A DNA stretch of 64,000 bases from a virus (IMGVR_UViG_3300042691_029205:14911-78910); one strand, 5' to 3'; positions 36,711-46,482 are shown, counted from the stretch's first letter. Numbers and translations are program-made. Notes: generated by a model from the letters alone, not told the origin.

Positions 36711-37805
36711 ATGAAAATTATTATAACGGCCCCAATTAACAATACCGGCATTGGCATTATGAACAAGGAAATTGTTCTAGCAATGTCTAAAATTCCATCA
36801 GTTGACTTATCTTATGTGCCGGTTGGTAATATAGAGGGTCTGGATAATAAAGAACAAGCAGAAACAATACAGAATTTACTACTTTGGAATAAAGAGTATG
36901 ATAAATCCGCTATTAGTCTAGTAATAAATCAACCTGCCACATCTATCGGTCATACAACTGCTAAACGTGCTCTGTTTACAGTATTCGAGCTAGATAATTT
37001 TACAACTAGAGAAAAAGTCTGTCTATCTTCTCAAGATGTAATAATTACACCTTCTCAATGGGGAGTTGATATTCTTAAATCCAGAGGCTATAATAATTCG
37101 ACCAAGGCTCCTTTAGGTGTCAACTATACGATTTTTAATCCAGCCGTAAAGCCTTCTCCACGCAACACTTACAGAGATTCGCAGGAAAAATTCATAGTAT
37201 ATTTTGCGGGCAAACTAGAGAAACGCAAAGGGATTGATGTGGCTCTTAGGGCTTTTAATTATGCTTTTAGCGGTAAAGACAATGTGGAATTTTGGCTATC
37301 TTGTCATAATATGTTTATGTCTGATAGTGATTATCAGGCGGCTATTAAACGAGAAATTTTAAATCCGGCAGTAAATAAATTGTGGTATAAGACAAAGGTT
37401 TTACCGCGAGTTCAAACTCAAAAAGATTTAGCGGAGATAATGAGCCAAACAAACTGCGGGCTATTCTGTTCGCGTGCAGAGGGTTGGGGACTAGAATCAG
37501 CCGAAATGATCTCTATGAATAAGCCATGTATAATAACAAATTACTCTGCTCACACTGAGTATAACGACTATTTTTATAGAATACCAGTTAAGTTTACCGA
37601 ACCGGCCAATGATGGGGTTTGGTTTCATGGTCATGGTAATTGGGCAACACTTGATGAAGAAGTCTGCCTAGACGCGGCTAGGGCACTTAAAAACCTATAT
37701 CATGGTACTAAATTAGATGTTGATTACAGCCAATTTACAGAACAATATACATGGTATAATACTTGTCAGCATATTTTAAAAGCATTGGAAGTTGCTTATG
37801 GATGA
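36711..37805 (+). CDS. GT-B (GT4-like) glycosyltransferase
   Basis: GKLEKRKGID, SRAEGWGLESAE, TNYSAHTEY. Confidence 0.85.
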   Translation: MKIIITAPINNTGIGIMNKEIVLAMSKIPSVDLSYVPVGNIEGLDNKEQAETIQNLLLWNKEYDKSAISLVINQPATSIGHTTAKRALFTVFELDNFTTREKVCLSSQDVIITPSQWGVDILKSRGYNNSTKAPLGVNYTIFNPAVKPSPRNTYRDSQEKFIVYFAGKLEKRKGIDVALRAFNYAFSGKDNVEFWLSCHNMFMSDSDYQAAIKREILNPAVNKLWYKTKVLPRVQTQKDLAEIMSQTNCGLFCSRAEGWGLESAEMISMNKPCIITNYSAHTEYNDYFYRIPVKFTEPANDGVWFHGHGNWATLDEEVCLDAARALKNLYHGTKLDVDYSQFTEQYTWYNTCQHILKALEVAYG

Positions 37806-38715
37806 TACGCTTTATATAATTACCCCAATTTTTAATTCTTGGAGATATAAATCTCGATACAAGCTCTATAAAGACTTCGAGACTTATATTAAAAAACACG
37901 ACAATGTTCGCCTGATTACTATTGAGGCGGCTTTTGGAGATAGGCCGTGGGAAGTTACTTCTCCAGACGACAAAGACGATATACAACTTAGAACCTCTAC
38001 TGAATTGTGGCACAAAGAAAGAATGATTAACCTAGCGGTAAATAGATTGCCGCAAGGGTGGAAGTATGCCGGTTATCTTGACAGTGATTTAGTTTTCAGC
38101 AGACCAGACTGGAATACCGAGATTGTTCAGCGGCTACAACATTATTCTTTTGTGCAGCCTTTTAGTCAGTCTATTAATTTGAGTCCAAGTTATGAAGTAA
38201 TAGGCACAACAAGAGAATCTTTTTTCTCTGCTTATTTAAACAACACATTAGACTCACAGCTTGAATATGGTAAGTTGCCACACCCAGGATTCGGCCTATT
38301 TTGGACAAAAGAGGCATTTAATGCAGTTGGCGGCTTATTAGACACCCCTATTTTGGGGAGTTCTGATCTCCATATGCTTGCTTCATTAATAGGATTAGGT
38401 GAAACTAAATTACCACAAGGTATTAGTAATGGTTATAAAGAACAATTATTAATGTGGCAAAACAGATGTGAAAATTTAATTCGTAGAAATATTGGTATAG
38501 TACCTGGGTTGATTTTACATCAATGGCATGGAGCTAGAAAAGATCGAAGATATGGAGAACGCTGGAAAATATTAGTGGACAATCAATATGATCCAGAGTT
38601 TGATATAAAATTAGACTGGCAAGGATTATATCAATGGAGTGGAAATAAACCACAATTACAATATGATGTGCGAAATTACTTCGCGAGCAGGCATGAAGAT
38701 AGTATAGACCTATAG
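37798..38715 (+). CDS. GT-A fold glycosyltransferase-like protein
   Basis: WHKERMINLA, YLDSDL, HPGFG, GGL, GSSD, HQWHG. Confidence 0.7.
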   Translation: MDDTLYIITPIFNSWRYKSRYKLYKDFETYIKKHDNVRLITIEAAFGDRPWEVTSPDDKDDIQLRTSTELWHKERMINLAVNRLPQGWKYAGYLDSDLVFSRPDWNTEIVQRLQHYSFVQPFSQSINLSPSYEVIGTTRESFFSAYLNNTLDSQLEYGKLPHPGFGLFWTKEAFNAVGGLLDTPILGSSDLHMLASLIGLGETKLPQGISNGYKEQLLMWQNRCENLIRRNIGIVPGLILHQWHGARKDRRYGERWKILVDNQYDPEFDIKLDWQGLYQWSGNKPQLQYDVRNYFASRHEDSIDL

Positions 38716-38725
38716 GAATAAATTT

Positions 38726-39139
38726 ATGTGGACTAATGGAAATCCAACTTCTACCGGCCTTTATGTAATTGAATGGTGTAATGGTTGTACATGGCCAGAA
38801 GTATATCTTGTTGTAAAATGTAAAGATGGTAATTTATACCTATCTACTCATCAATATAGAGAAAATCGTAAGCCTTATCCATTATCAAGATCAGCTATTA
38901 AAAGACATTATAAAATTGAGCAACCAGATGGGGATGGTATGAATATTAATTTCCATACTAAAGATTTTGATCCTGAAATTTGTGCTATTAGTGACCCAGA
39001 TGGTAAAAAATTTAGATGGCTAAATTATTATCCCGAAGAACATAATAGAAAGCCTCTAGATGCTTATGAGAATGAATCATTAACAGAGTTTATGAAGAGA
39101 TTATCAGAATCATTACCACCTATAGAGTATCTAGAATAA
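38726..39139 (+). CDS. hypothetical protein
   Basis: AGGA RBS. Confidence 0.6.
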   Translation: MWTNGNPTSTGLYVIEWCNGCTWPEVYLVVKCKDGNLYLSTHQYRENRKPYPLSRSAIKRHYKIEQPDGDGMNINFHTKDFDPEICAISDPDGKKFRWLNYYPEEHNRKPLDAYENESLTEFMKRLSESLPPIEYLE

Positions 39140-39151
39140 GGAAATAAAAGA

Positions 39152-39892
39152 ATGGGAAACCTAAATAAAGACGATGAATTTACAGTTGGTAAATTACCAC
39201 CATATGTAACTGGTAAATTAGTAGAATCAAACATACCTAATAAAAACGATGATATATTTCCAATGACAGTCTCTTCTACATATGTGATGCCTAGTAAAAC
39301 TAGCGATTTTGGAGCGGTGGTACAACCATTAGAAAAAACTGGTATATATGAATATGACTCTATCCAAAAAAAAGATGGAACTATAAATTTGCAGGATTAC
39401 GTTCAAACATTATACTTTCCGCCAAAAATTCTTTTAATGTGTAAAAAGATACATCCAGACACTAAAATTCCTACAAAGAACAACTTAGATGATGCCGCTT
39501 TTGATTTATCCTGTGTGGCAGATGAAACCTTTACTAAAAAACCAGACGATGACTGTTTAAGTTATATACTCGCTCCTGGCGAACGCAAGGTATTTAAAAC
39601 CGGCCTAGTAATTTCAAGTCCAAGGGGCTATTTCTGTCAATATACTGGTAGATCAGGATTGGCCGCTAAAAAAGGGGTAGATTTTATGGCAGGAACTATA
39701 GATTCTGCCACATATCGCGGGGAATGGGGCGTAGTATTAATTAATCATGGAGACACTCCGGTAAAAATTAATGCTGGCGACCGTATAGTACAATTTATTG
39801 TTCTACCTATACCAGATATTGCTATAGTTGAAGTGTCGGAATTAGATGAAACAAATCGCGGTACGAAAGGTTGGGGAAGTAGTGGAACCTAA
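39152..39892 (+). CDS. dut: trimeric dUTPase with N-terminal extension
   Basis: AAFDL, GRSGLA, GTIDSATYRGE, GDRIVQ, RG.KGWGSSG. Confidence 0.9.
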   Translation: MGNLNKDDEFTVGKLPPYVTGKLVESNIPNKNDDIFPMTVSSTYVMPSKTSDFGAVVQPLEKTGIYEYDSIQKKDGTINLQDYVQTLYFPPKILLMCKKIHPDTKIPTKNNLDDAAFDLSCVADETFTKKPDDDCLSYILAPGERKVFKTGLVISSPRGYFCQYTGRSGLAAKKGVDFMAGTIDSATYRGEWGVVLINHGDTPVKINAGDRIVQFIVLPIPDIAIVEVSELDETNRGTKGWGSSGT

Positions 39893-40103
39893 AACACCAA
39901 GAATTATATATAATGTTAAGCCATTTCCAGTTCCAGATAGTGTTATTTTAGATGTTGATAATGCTAATAGTGGAAATAGACCTTTCCAGAAATCTCCCAT
40001 TGTTCCACTAAAGGACTTATCAATCGAAACATTACATTTATTATGTGATGATTTCAAGCGTTCTGTATTTAAAAAAGCCGGTAAAATTGATCCAAAGGGA
40101 TAA
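39846..40103 (+). CDS. hypothetical protein
   Basis: ORF; IPL.DL..ETL..LCD.F pattern. Confidence 0.55.
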   Translation: MKQIAVRKVGEVVEPKTPRIIYNVKPFPVPDSVILDVDNANSGNRPFQKSPIVPLKDLSIETLHLLCDDFKRSVFKKAGKIDPKG

Positions 40104-40109
40104 AGCATC

Positions 40110-40304
40110 ATGTATATAGATTTATGTATTGCGATAATTATTACAATTGCACTTGGTTGCAATGTAGTCTTTGCACCACAAAAATATGGTTGGATGAGTG
40201 GCTTTGTTGAATTTTTATATTTTTCATTTTTTGTGCCAATTACTTGGCTCATCTTTTTCATCGAACGCTACTTATTTTTACTTTACTCTATAAATGTCGA
40301 TTAA
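40110..40304 (+). CDS. small membrane protein
   Basis: two hydrophobic segments. Confidence 0.5.
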   Translation: MYIDLCIAIIITIALGCNVVFAPQKYGWMSGFVEFLYFSFFVPITWLIFFIERYLFLLYSINVD

Positions 40305-40359
40305 ATAGCTTGTTACACTATAACACAGTAAAAAATCAAGCTCACCGACGTTTGAGGTC

Positions 40360-40387
40360 TTGACTTTTCTGTTTTCCAGGTTATAAT
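40360..40387 (+). promoter_or_regulatory. sigma70-type promoter (intergenic)
   Basis: TTGACT-16-TATAAT upstream of 40430. Confidence 0.7.
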
Positions 40388-40429
40388 AACACAGAGAACC
40401 AAATTCACAATTTTTACAAAGGAAAGATC

Positions 40430-40681
40430 ATGCCCGCTAAAATTAACTGGAACAACCAAAACACACCACAAACTTTAAATTTTGATCAATTGTCTTATGG
40501 TGATTGTTATAAGGTTGCCACTTCTCGCTCTAAAGGTGCGGTTTATATGAAAACCGAAGGTGGACACCAAGATTATGCTTTAGAATTAGCTACAGGTAAG
40601 TTATTCCCACCACAACTAAGTCCACTATCGTTAGTTGAAGTCGAAATTAATATTCAGGCGGATAAACCAACTATTTACTAA
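40430..40681 (+). CDS. hypothetical early protein
   Basis: AAGGA RBS after promoter. Confidence 0.7.
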   Translation: MPAKINWNNQNTPQTLNFDQLSYGDCYKVATSRSKGAVYMKTEGGHQDYALELATGKLFPPQLSPLSLVEVEINIQADKPTIY

Positions 40682-40708
40682 TAGGGGATTCTCCCCTATG
40701 ACCCCTAG
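40681..40708. repeat. intergenic GGGG-loop-CCCC-spacer-CCCC motif, copy 3
   Basis: ATAGGGG ATTCT CCCCTAT GA CCCC TAG. Confidence 0.65.
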
Positions 40709-40716
40709 AGTTATAT

Positions 40717-40926
40717 ATGAACGCAGATCAATCAACTCAATATCTACCATTAAGTTTTAAAACAAATAGAGATATTCCATATTGTATTTCTTATATAAAT
40801 TATATAAGGATATGTGAAAAATATTTTAAGGACAATAATACATCGATTGAAGATATTATAGCTTATTATCAAGACGAAGGATTAATAAGAAATGATAAAG
40901 ATGATGTTTTCTTCTTAGAAAGATAA
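40717..40926 (+). CDS. hypothetical protein
   Basis: ORF. Confidence 0.5.
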   Translation: MNADQSTQYLPLSFKTNRDIPYCISYINYIRICEKYFKDNNTSIEDIIAYYQDEGLIRNDKDDVFFLER

Positions 40927-40929
40927 AAT

Positions 40930-41130
40930 ATGCCTGTTTATGGACCAGATTATAACAAACATAGAGCAGATGAAGATGGTAAGGAATTATATAATATTAT
41001 AGTCCAAAGATTTAGAGTTATGCAAGCTACAGATTATTTTACACTAGAAATCTGTAGAGACGAACTTAAAAGAGAATGTATCAGGTTGATGCATTTATTT
41101 CACAAATATGATTCTTATGAGAATTTTTAA
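40930..41130 (+). CDS. hypothetical protein
   Basis: ORF. Confidence 0.5.
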   Translation: MPVYGPDYNKHRADEDGKELYNIIVQRFRVMQATDYFTLEICRDELKRECIRLMHLFHKYDSYENF

Positions 41131-41170
41131 CTTAGCAGGATTTTATAAATGAATACTGGAATAAATAAAG

Positions 41171-41848
41171 ATGACTAAAATTCGTTTAGTTTCTGATTGC
41201 CACGGTAAATACGACCGTCTTCTTCCTCTTTTAGATTCTAATCAGGCGGATTATGTCATACAGCTTGGCGACATGGGGTATGATTACTCATTTTTAAATT
41301 CTATTCCAAGTGACTACCTAAGAGTCTTAAGAGGCAATCACGACCATCATATCAATTATAAGCAGTATAATCATTTCCTTCCAGACTACGGCTATCATAC
41401 ACTAGGGAACTTCAACTTCTTTAATGTCTGTGGTGCTTTCTCTATTGATTGGAAAATCCGAGAGAAATACTATTTTTCCGGTAAATGGCCTCAAACTTGG
41501 TTTCCAGAGGAAGAACTATCGGTTTCGCAGCTAGAAAAAGCAGTAGAATTATATTCGTCTATTAAGCCGCAGGTAGTCCTTACACACGAAGCTCCACGTA
41601 GTATAGCTAATATTATAGGTAATCCTAATATTCTTAAAGATTTCGGTTACGACCCTCATACATTTACTACTAGAACAAGTGAGGCTCTAGAATGTATGTT
41701 TGAAATACACAAACCTAAATTATGGCATTTCGCTCATTACCACCATAACTTTGATATAACTATTGATGGTACAAGATTTATTTGTAAGAGAGAATTGGGA
41801 TTTACAGACCTAACAGTAGATAATGAAGGGAATATCAATGTTCACTAA
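41171..41848 (+). CDS. calcineurin-like metallophosphoesterase
   Basis: SDCHG, LGDMG, GNHD, THEAP, HFAHYH. Confidence 0.9.
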   Translation: MTKIRLVSDCHGKYDRLLPLLDSNQADYVIQLGDMGYDYSFLNSIPSDYLRVLRGNHDHHINYKQYNHFLPDYGYHTLGNFNFFNVCGAFSIDWKIREKYYFSGKWPQTWFPEEELSVSQLEKAVELYSSIKPQVVLTHEAPRSIANIIGNPNILKDFGYDPHTFTTRTSEALECMFEIHKPKLWHFAHYHHNFDITIDGTRFICKRELGFTDLTVDNEGNINVH

Positions 41849-41862
41849 TAAGGTAACTCAAA

Positions 41863-42228
41863 GTGAGTAGTCCAGAAATCCAATCTTTTACAATTGGTGA
41901 CAAAGTTGTCCCGAAAACGATTGGTTTTCCAGGTGTTGGAATGATAGTTGGTATTATTCATGGTACGGTATATTCCGCGTATAGCGGGGACTATATGCCT
42001 AAGTTGTGGACTGTTAAATATCCAAATTGGGCAGAAGAAATTGTATGTATTATTCTTTTCGACCAAGAAAGAAAACCGTGTACAAAGGAAGAGTTTAGGA
42101 CTATTTTTCCTTTAAATCTTTACCCTAGTATGTCTTATGATGATTTAATCCCTAGTAAACTTATAGCCTATCCGTTTAAAGACCTTTTTTTGTTTGAAAA
42201 ATTCGAGGAGTATATTAATGAAGAATAA
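41863..42228 (+). CDS. hypothetical protein
   Basis: GTG start, AAGGT RBS. Confidence 0.55.
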   Translation: MSSPEIQSFTIGDKVVPKTIGFPGVGMIVGIIHGTVYSAYSGDYMPKLWTVKYPNWAEEIVCIILFDQERKPCTKEEFRTIFPLNLYPSMSYDDLIPSKLIAYPFKDLFLFEKFEEYINEE

Positions 42229-43417
42229 TATTTTAGCCGCCATTTTAATGCTATTAGTATTGTTTACCGCAGATTTAGCAGCCCAAGTACCTGAAATCCC
42301 AGGATTAAAGTATGATGGCTGCTTTCAATTAACTGATAAGAGTACAGATCGTAATTTACCTACTAAGGTTGGTTGGAATTGGGGGTGTGGTTATGTAAAA
42401 GACGGTTATTATTTTGCGGGAAACCGCACTAACCAATATAATGCGGGCTTTTTAATTCCTAGCGAGCTATCTCAAAACTTGCCGGTTTATAACCCACTTT
42501 CTAAGGTATCGACGCTAAACGCCCCAAAGGTAGAGCGTTCGACAGATTGGACTCCTAGTGTGCCGCTGGATAAAGTTGATGATTTTATTCCTGCTACTTC
42601 TATTGAGATTACTTCTTTTTTCTTACTCAATAATAAATTAGGCACTAGTGTAAACCGCTTCTATAACGTAGGCAACTATAAATGGCCATTTTTGTGGGTT
42701 GATGGAGTTGGATATAGTTCTAGCATTGATCCTATCTATACTGGCGGCTATGTATTTGAGTTTCCAATTGAACATAGAAAATATACTGGTCGTTTTGGTT
42801 GCGGTAATAATAGAACCGGCAACGGTATTCAACAGCCTGTCTTGTGGACATTTGATGTTGTTCAAGATAATATGCAACTTAGCCATAGACTTGGCCCCAC
42901 TAAGCATTTTTATGAATGTATAGACGCGGCTGGTAATGTTACCTTGAAGGAAAAAGTACCTGATCTATCATCCGTCCCACCAACACTTGAGATTGATGGA
43001 TATACAGTATGTTGTCAAAGTCAAATAACCGGAGCATGTGCTTTGGGTGACAATGTATATTTTATTGGCTTGAAAGGCACTGGATTCGGCTGGTACGGTA
43101 ATCCGCAGTTTACATATAACGGCAAGTCATATAATGATAAGCGTATGGCTACAAAAGGTTATCATAATGAATTCTATGAATATGCTGTTTATGTATATAA
43201 TACCGAAGACCTTGTAAAGGTTAAGTATGGCGTTTTACAACCAGAAAACATTCAACCAAAGTCTGTAATCAGTCTTAAAACAGTTGTTCCAGAAGTAGCA
43301 ACGACCAAGAGTGGTATTTATGCAGATCAAATGAATAATAAGGTTTATGTGACTATTCCTTATATGTTAGCGTCCGGTGTTACTTATCCTATTGTATTTG
43401 TGTTTTCGGGTATATAA
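42218..43417 (+). CDS. exported beta-rich protein (possible propeller)
   Basis: GAGGAG RBS; signal peptide MKNNILAAILMLLVLFTADLAA. Confidence 0.65.
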   Translation: MKNNILAAILMLLVLFTADLAAQVPEIPGLKYDGCFQLTDKSTDRNLPTKVGWNWGCGYVKDGYYFAGNRTNQYNAGFLIPSELSQNLPVYNPLSKVSTLNAPKVERSTDWTPSVPLDKVDDFIPATSIEITSFFLLNNKLGTSVNRFYNVGNYKWPFLWVDGVGYSSSIDPIYTGGYVFEFPIEHRKYTGRFGCGNNRTGNGIQQPVLWTFDVVQDNMQLSHRLGPTKHFYECIDAAGNVTLKEKVPDLSSVPPTLEIDGYTVCCQSQITGACALGDNVYFIGLKGTGFGWYGNPQFTYNGKSYNDKRMATKGYHNEFYEYAVYVYNTEDLVKVKYGVLQPENIQPKSVISLKTVVPEVATTKSGIYADQMNNKVYVTIPYMLASGVTYPIVFVFSGI

Positions 43418-43435
43418 AGGAAAGAAGTATAAATT

Positions 43436-44371
43436 ATGCATATCGAACACCAATACTTAAATTTATTACAGCAGATTTTAGATCATGGAACCTGGAAAGA
43501 AAATCGAACTGGAATTCGTTGTAAGACTATAGCGAATACTATGATACAACATGATATGTCATCAGGTTTTCCTTTAATGACTCATCGAAAGTTAGCTATA
43601 CGAAGCACTCTCGTTGAATTGGAAGGATTCCTCAATGGAATTACATCCAAAGAATGGTATCAACAACGCGGCTGTAAATATTGGGATCATTGGGCAAATC
43701 CAGAGGCTACATTCTATGAATATAAAAAACGTGAACATGATCCAGATTTACCATATCAAACACAAAAAGAGGTCGCCAAAGAAGTAGATGATCTTGGTCC
43801 AATCTATGGTTTCCAATGGAGAAATTTTGGTTATGATTTTGAAAATTATAGAAAATCTATATGCGACAATCGCGATCAATTATTTACTATCTGTAAGTCT
43901 CTAAAGGAAAACCCGAATGATCGTCGAATGATTTGTTCTGCCTGGAATCCCACTCAATTACACCTAATGGCGTTGCCACCTTGTCATATGACCTGGGGAG
44001 TAATTCATATTAATGGCACTTTGAATTTGTGGTGGCTGCAAAGATCGTGTGATTTTATATTAGGAATTCCAGCAAATATTACGTCTTACGCGGCATTATT
44101 ACTTATTTTGTGTAAGTTTTCTGGTTTTACTCCTGGTGTTCTAACCGGCTATCTTTGTGATACACATATTTATGAAAATCACCTAGATGGAGTACAAGAA
44201 ATATTACGTCGAAAATATGAAATACCATATTATTTACCTAAATTAGAAATAACTAATGATTATCCTCTGGCTTTAAGTAAAGATTGGTTGAATGTATATT
44301 GGACACATAAAGACTATAAATTAAATGATTATCGGCATCTTGATCCTATTAAATTTGAGGTAGCTATATGA
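43436..44371 (+). CDS. thyA: thymidylate synthase
   Basis: RTG, LGPIYGFQWR, DRRM, ALPPCH, QRSCD, N, HIYENH. Confidence 0.95.
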   Translation: MHIEHQYLNLLQQILDHGTWKENRTGIRCKTIANTMIQHDMSSGFPLMTHRKLAIRSTLVELEGFLNGITSKEWYQQRGCKYWDHWANPEATFYEYKKREHDPDLPYQTQKEVAKEVDDLGPIYGFQWRNFGYDFENYRKSICDNRDQLFTICKSLKENPNDRRMICSAWNPTQLHLMALPPCHMTWGVIHINGTLNLWWLQRSCDFILGIPANITSYAALLLILCKFSGFTPGVLTGYLCDTHIYENHLDGVQEILRRKYEIPYYLPKLEITNDYPLALSKDWLNVYWTHKDYKLNDYRHLDPIKFEVAI

Positions 44372-44799
44372 GCCGATCCGACATTGATAAAATAGACAAA
44401 AAAATTGATAAGTATCGCGGCTATATTACTAAGCTCGCTAAGGATAAATATCAATATATCCAGAAGCTCAGTATCCAATGTTATGATTGTAAAGTTTTTA
44501 ATAGTCTAGAAGACTGGATATTATTAGAAGCAACTAAAAGTGATTATTTAAACGAAGAAACTATAATTACTAGAACGGAACTAATTTGTCCTGGTTGTTT
44601 TAGTCGCTATCGTATTATAGATAAAAATAAGTTCTTTATAGATAAATGTTTATTTAACAATATACTAGAACACAATCAATATCCTGGCTATAGACAACCC
44701 TATGTTCGTTACGTAAAACGCAACGGTTTGGATCATTATAAAGAAGGTGACTTTTTTGATCTTAGTGAAAAAACATATAACGAAAGTTACTTAAATTAA
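44368..44799 (+). CDS. Zn-ribbon-like hypothetical protein
   Basis: CYDC...CPGC. Confidence 0.6.
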   Translation: MSRSDIDKIDKKIDKYRGYITKLAKDKYQYIQKLSIQCYDCKVFNSLEDWILLEATKSDYLNEETIITRTELICPGCFSRYRIIDKNKFFIDKCLFNNILEHNQYPGYRQPYVRYVKRNGLDHYKEGDFFDLSEKTYNESYLN

Positions 44800-45194
44800 T
44801 GAAACTAATTATAGCAGGTTCCCGCGATTTTACCGACTATAATCTACTAAAAAGCCGCTGTGATAAATTTATAGCCGCCAACTTGACAAAACCCGACGAA
44901 CAGGTTATAATAGTATCTGGAACGGCAAGCGGTGCAGACAAACTAGGTGAAAAATTCGCAGAAGAAAAAGGCTATTCTATTCTACGTTTTCCTGCTAATT
45001 GGTCCAAATTTGGTCGTAGTGCCGGTTATCGTAGAAATGTTCAAATGGCAGAAAAAGCCACTCATTGTATAGTATTTAGATTAGGAGGTGCTCGATCTAA
45101 AGGTTCTACTCATATGTATAATATTGCTAAATCACATTTCCTTATTACAGAATTGGTAGACATTGATGACTCCACCGCAAACATCTCTTTCTGA
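44799..45194 (+). CDS. SLOG family protein (YspA/DUF2493-like)
   Basis: IIAGSRDF, VSGTASGAD, FPANW...SAGYRRN..M, SKGSTHM. Confidence 0.9.
   Translation: MKLIIAGSRDFTDYNLLKSRCDKFIAANLTKPDEQVIIVSGTASGADKLGEKFAEEKGYSILRFPANWSKFGRSAGYRRNVQMAEKATHCIVFRLGGARSKGSTHMYNIAKSHFLITELVDIDDSTANISF
44883..44911 (+). promoter_or_regulatory. sigma70-type promoter (intragenic), upstream of sigma factor gene
   Basis: TTGACA-17-TATAAT perfect consensus. Confidence 0.8.
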
Positions 45195-45693
45195 ATATGA
45201 GTTAATTTCAATTAAACAAATAAAATATTTTTGGAAGCCTTATTATCCTAGACATATGATGGGTATAGACCTAATCAATAAAGTTATAGCCGCTAATATT
45301 AAGGCTGATATGTCTTATGATGACAAATACAATACAGGTTATAAAACATGGCGAAATGTGGTTGCTATTACTGCTATACGAAATTTTTATAAAACCACAC
45401 ATAATAAGAAAAATAAAACCATTAGTTTAAATCAGGTTAAAAACTCAGAAGAAGTGAAGTTAGATATTGGTTATCGCGATTTATCGGAAGAAATAGTAGC
45501 CGCCGAAGAGTTGATTGATAAAACACTAAATGATACCGAAAAAGACTTATTATATCGCCGATGTTATAAAAATCAAAGCTATCGCGAAATAGCCGAGTCC
45601 TATAAAATTAGTAAACAGCGTGTTGCACAAAAAATATCTAAAATAGAGAGGAAGTTACATGAAGCCGCAAATAGTGATAACAATCAATCATAA
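45163..45693 (+). CDS. phage sigma-70-family sigma factor
   Basis: region 2-like YD.KY.T.YKTW...AI; region 4 HTH LNDTEKDLL...SYREIAESYKISKQRVAQ. Confidence 0.75.
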   Translation: MMTPPQTSLSEYELISIKQIKYFWKPYYPRHMMGIDLINKVIAANIKADMSYDDKYNTGYKTWRNVVAITAIRNFYKTTHNKKNKTISLNQVKNSEEVKLDIGYRDLSEEIVAAEELIDKTLNDTEKDLLYRRCYKNQSYREIAESYKISKQRVAQKISKIERKLHEAANSDNNQS

Positions 45694-46021
45694 CGATGAT
45701 GCCGATGTTGCGTTTATTAGTGATAATTTTTCACAAGATGATGCAGAACAAATTGGTACTATGATAGCAATGTTGAGTTGTGGAATGTATAATGATGTAT
45801 TCTTAAAATCAATTCAAAAGTTATTTAGCCACGATCAATATAAAGAGTTTAGCGAAACCGTCTTTAAAACATGGAAAGAGGAAGAGACAGAGATACACAC
45901 AGCTTTGTTCTCCTTTGAGAATCAAGGAAACTACAATGAGGAAGACGAAGAAGAACCAATGGTAAGACCAGATGACCTACCATATGCCCCGCCACTACCA
46001 GGAGATACATCTCATGAATAA
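45659..46021 (+). CDS. acidic hypothetical protein
   Basis: GAGG RBS; EEEPMVRP. Confidence 0.65.
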   Translation: MKPQIVITINHNDDADVAFISDNFSQDDAEQIGTMIAMLSCGMYNDVFLKSIQKLFSHDQYKEFSETVFKTWKEEETEIHTALFSFENQGNYNEEDEEEPMVRPDDLPYAPPLPGDTSHE

Positions 46022-46457
46022 AGAATATAAGTTTATATGGCAACATTGTAAAAATCCTTTTTTATTTAAAAAAGACTATGGACAAACTATATTATTAAGT
46101 GCAGACAATCTAGATGAAGCATTACCAGAATTACCAGAAGAGGAAATATCCGCCGACAGCGAAGACCATGAAATGGTTGGCGGTATGATTTATACTCCAT
46201 TAGGTGTACTTCCAATTACAGAACATACAGATATGTTCAAACTTTTTAATTTTTGGATGTGTCACACTAATTTTAATATTAGCCGCAATGTTTTTAATAT
46301 TGTTTGTAAAACCCAAGGCGTAGAAGCGGCCCATGTCTTTAGTAGATATAGGTTTAGGATTGCAATTGGCAAGGCTTTTGATTTTAAACCAACCCGCATC
46401 AAAATACAAGATTCTATCAAAAAATATCTAGAAAGCCGCCAAAATAAAACTGAATAG
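46014..46457 (+). CDS. conserved hypothetical phage protein
   Basis: TPLG, FNFWMCHTNFNI, GVE, RYRFRIAIGKAF; AGGAG RBS. Confidence 0.7.
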   Translation: MNKEYKFIWQHCKNPFLFKKDYGQTILLSADNLDEALPELPEEEISADSEDHEMVGGMIYTPLGVLPITEHTDMFKLFNFWMCHTNFNISRNVFNIVCKTQGVEAAHVFSRYRFRIAIGKAFDFKPTRIKIQDSIKKYLESRQNKTE

Positions 46458-46482
46458 TGTATTAATATCGGGAGGACTTCTT

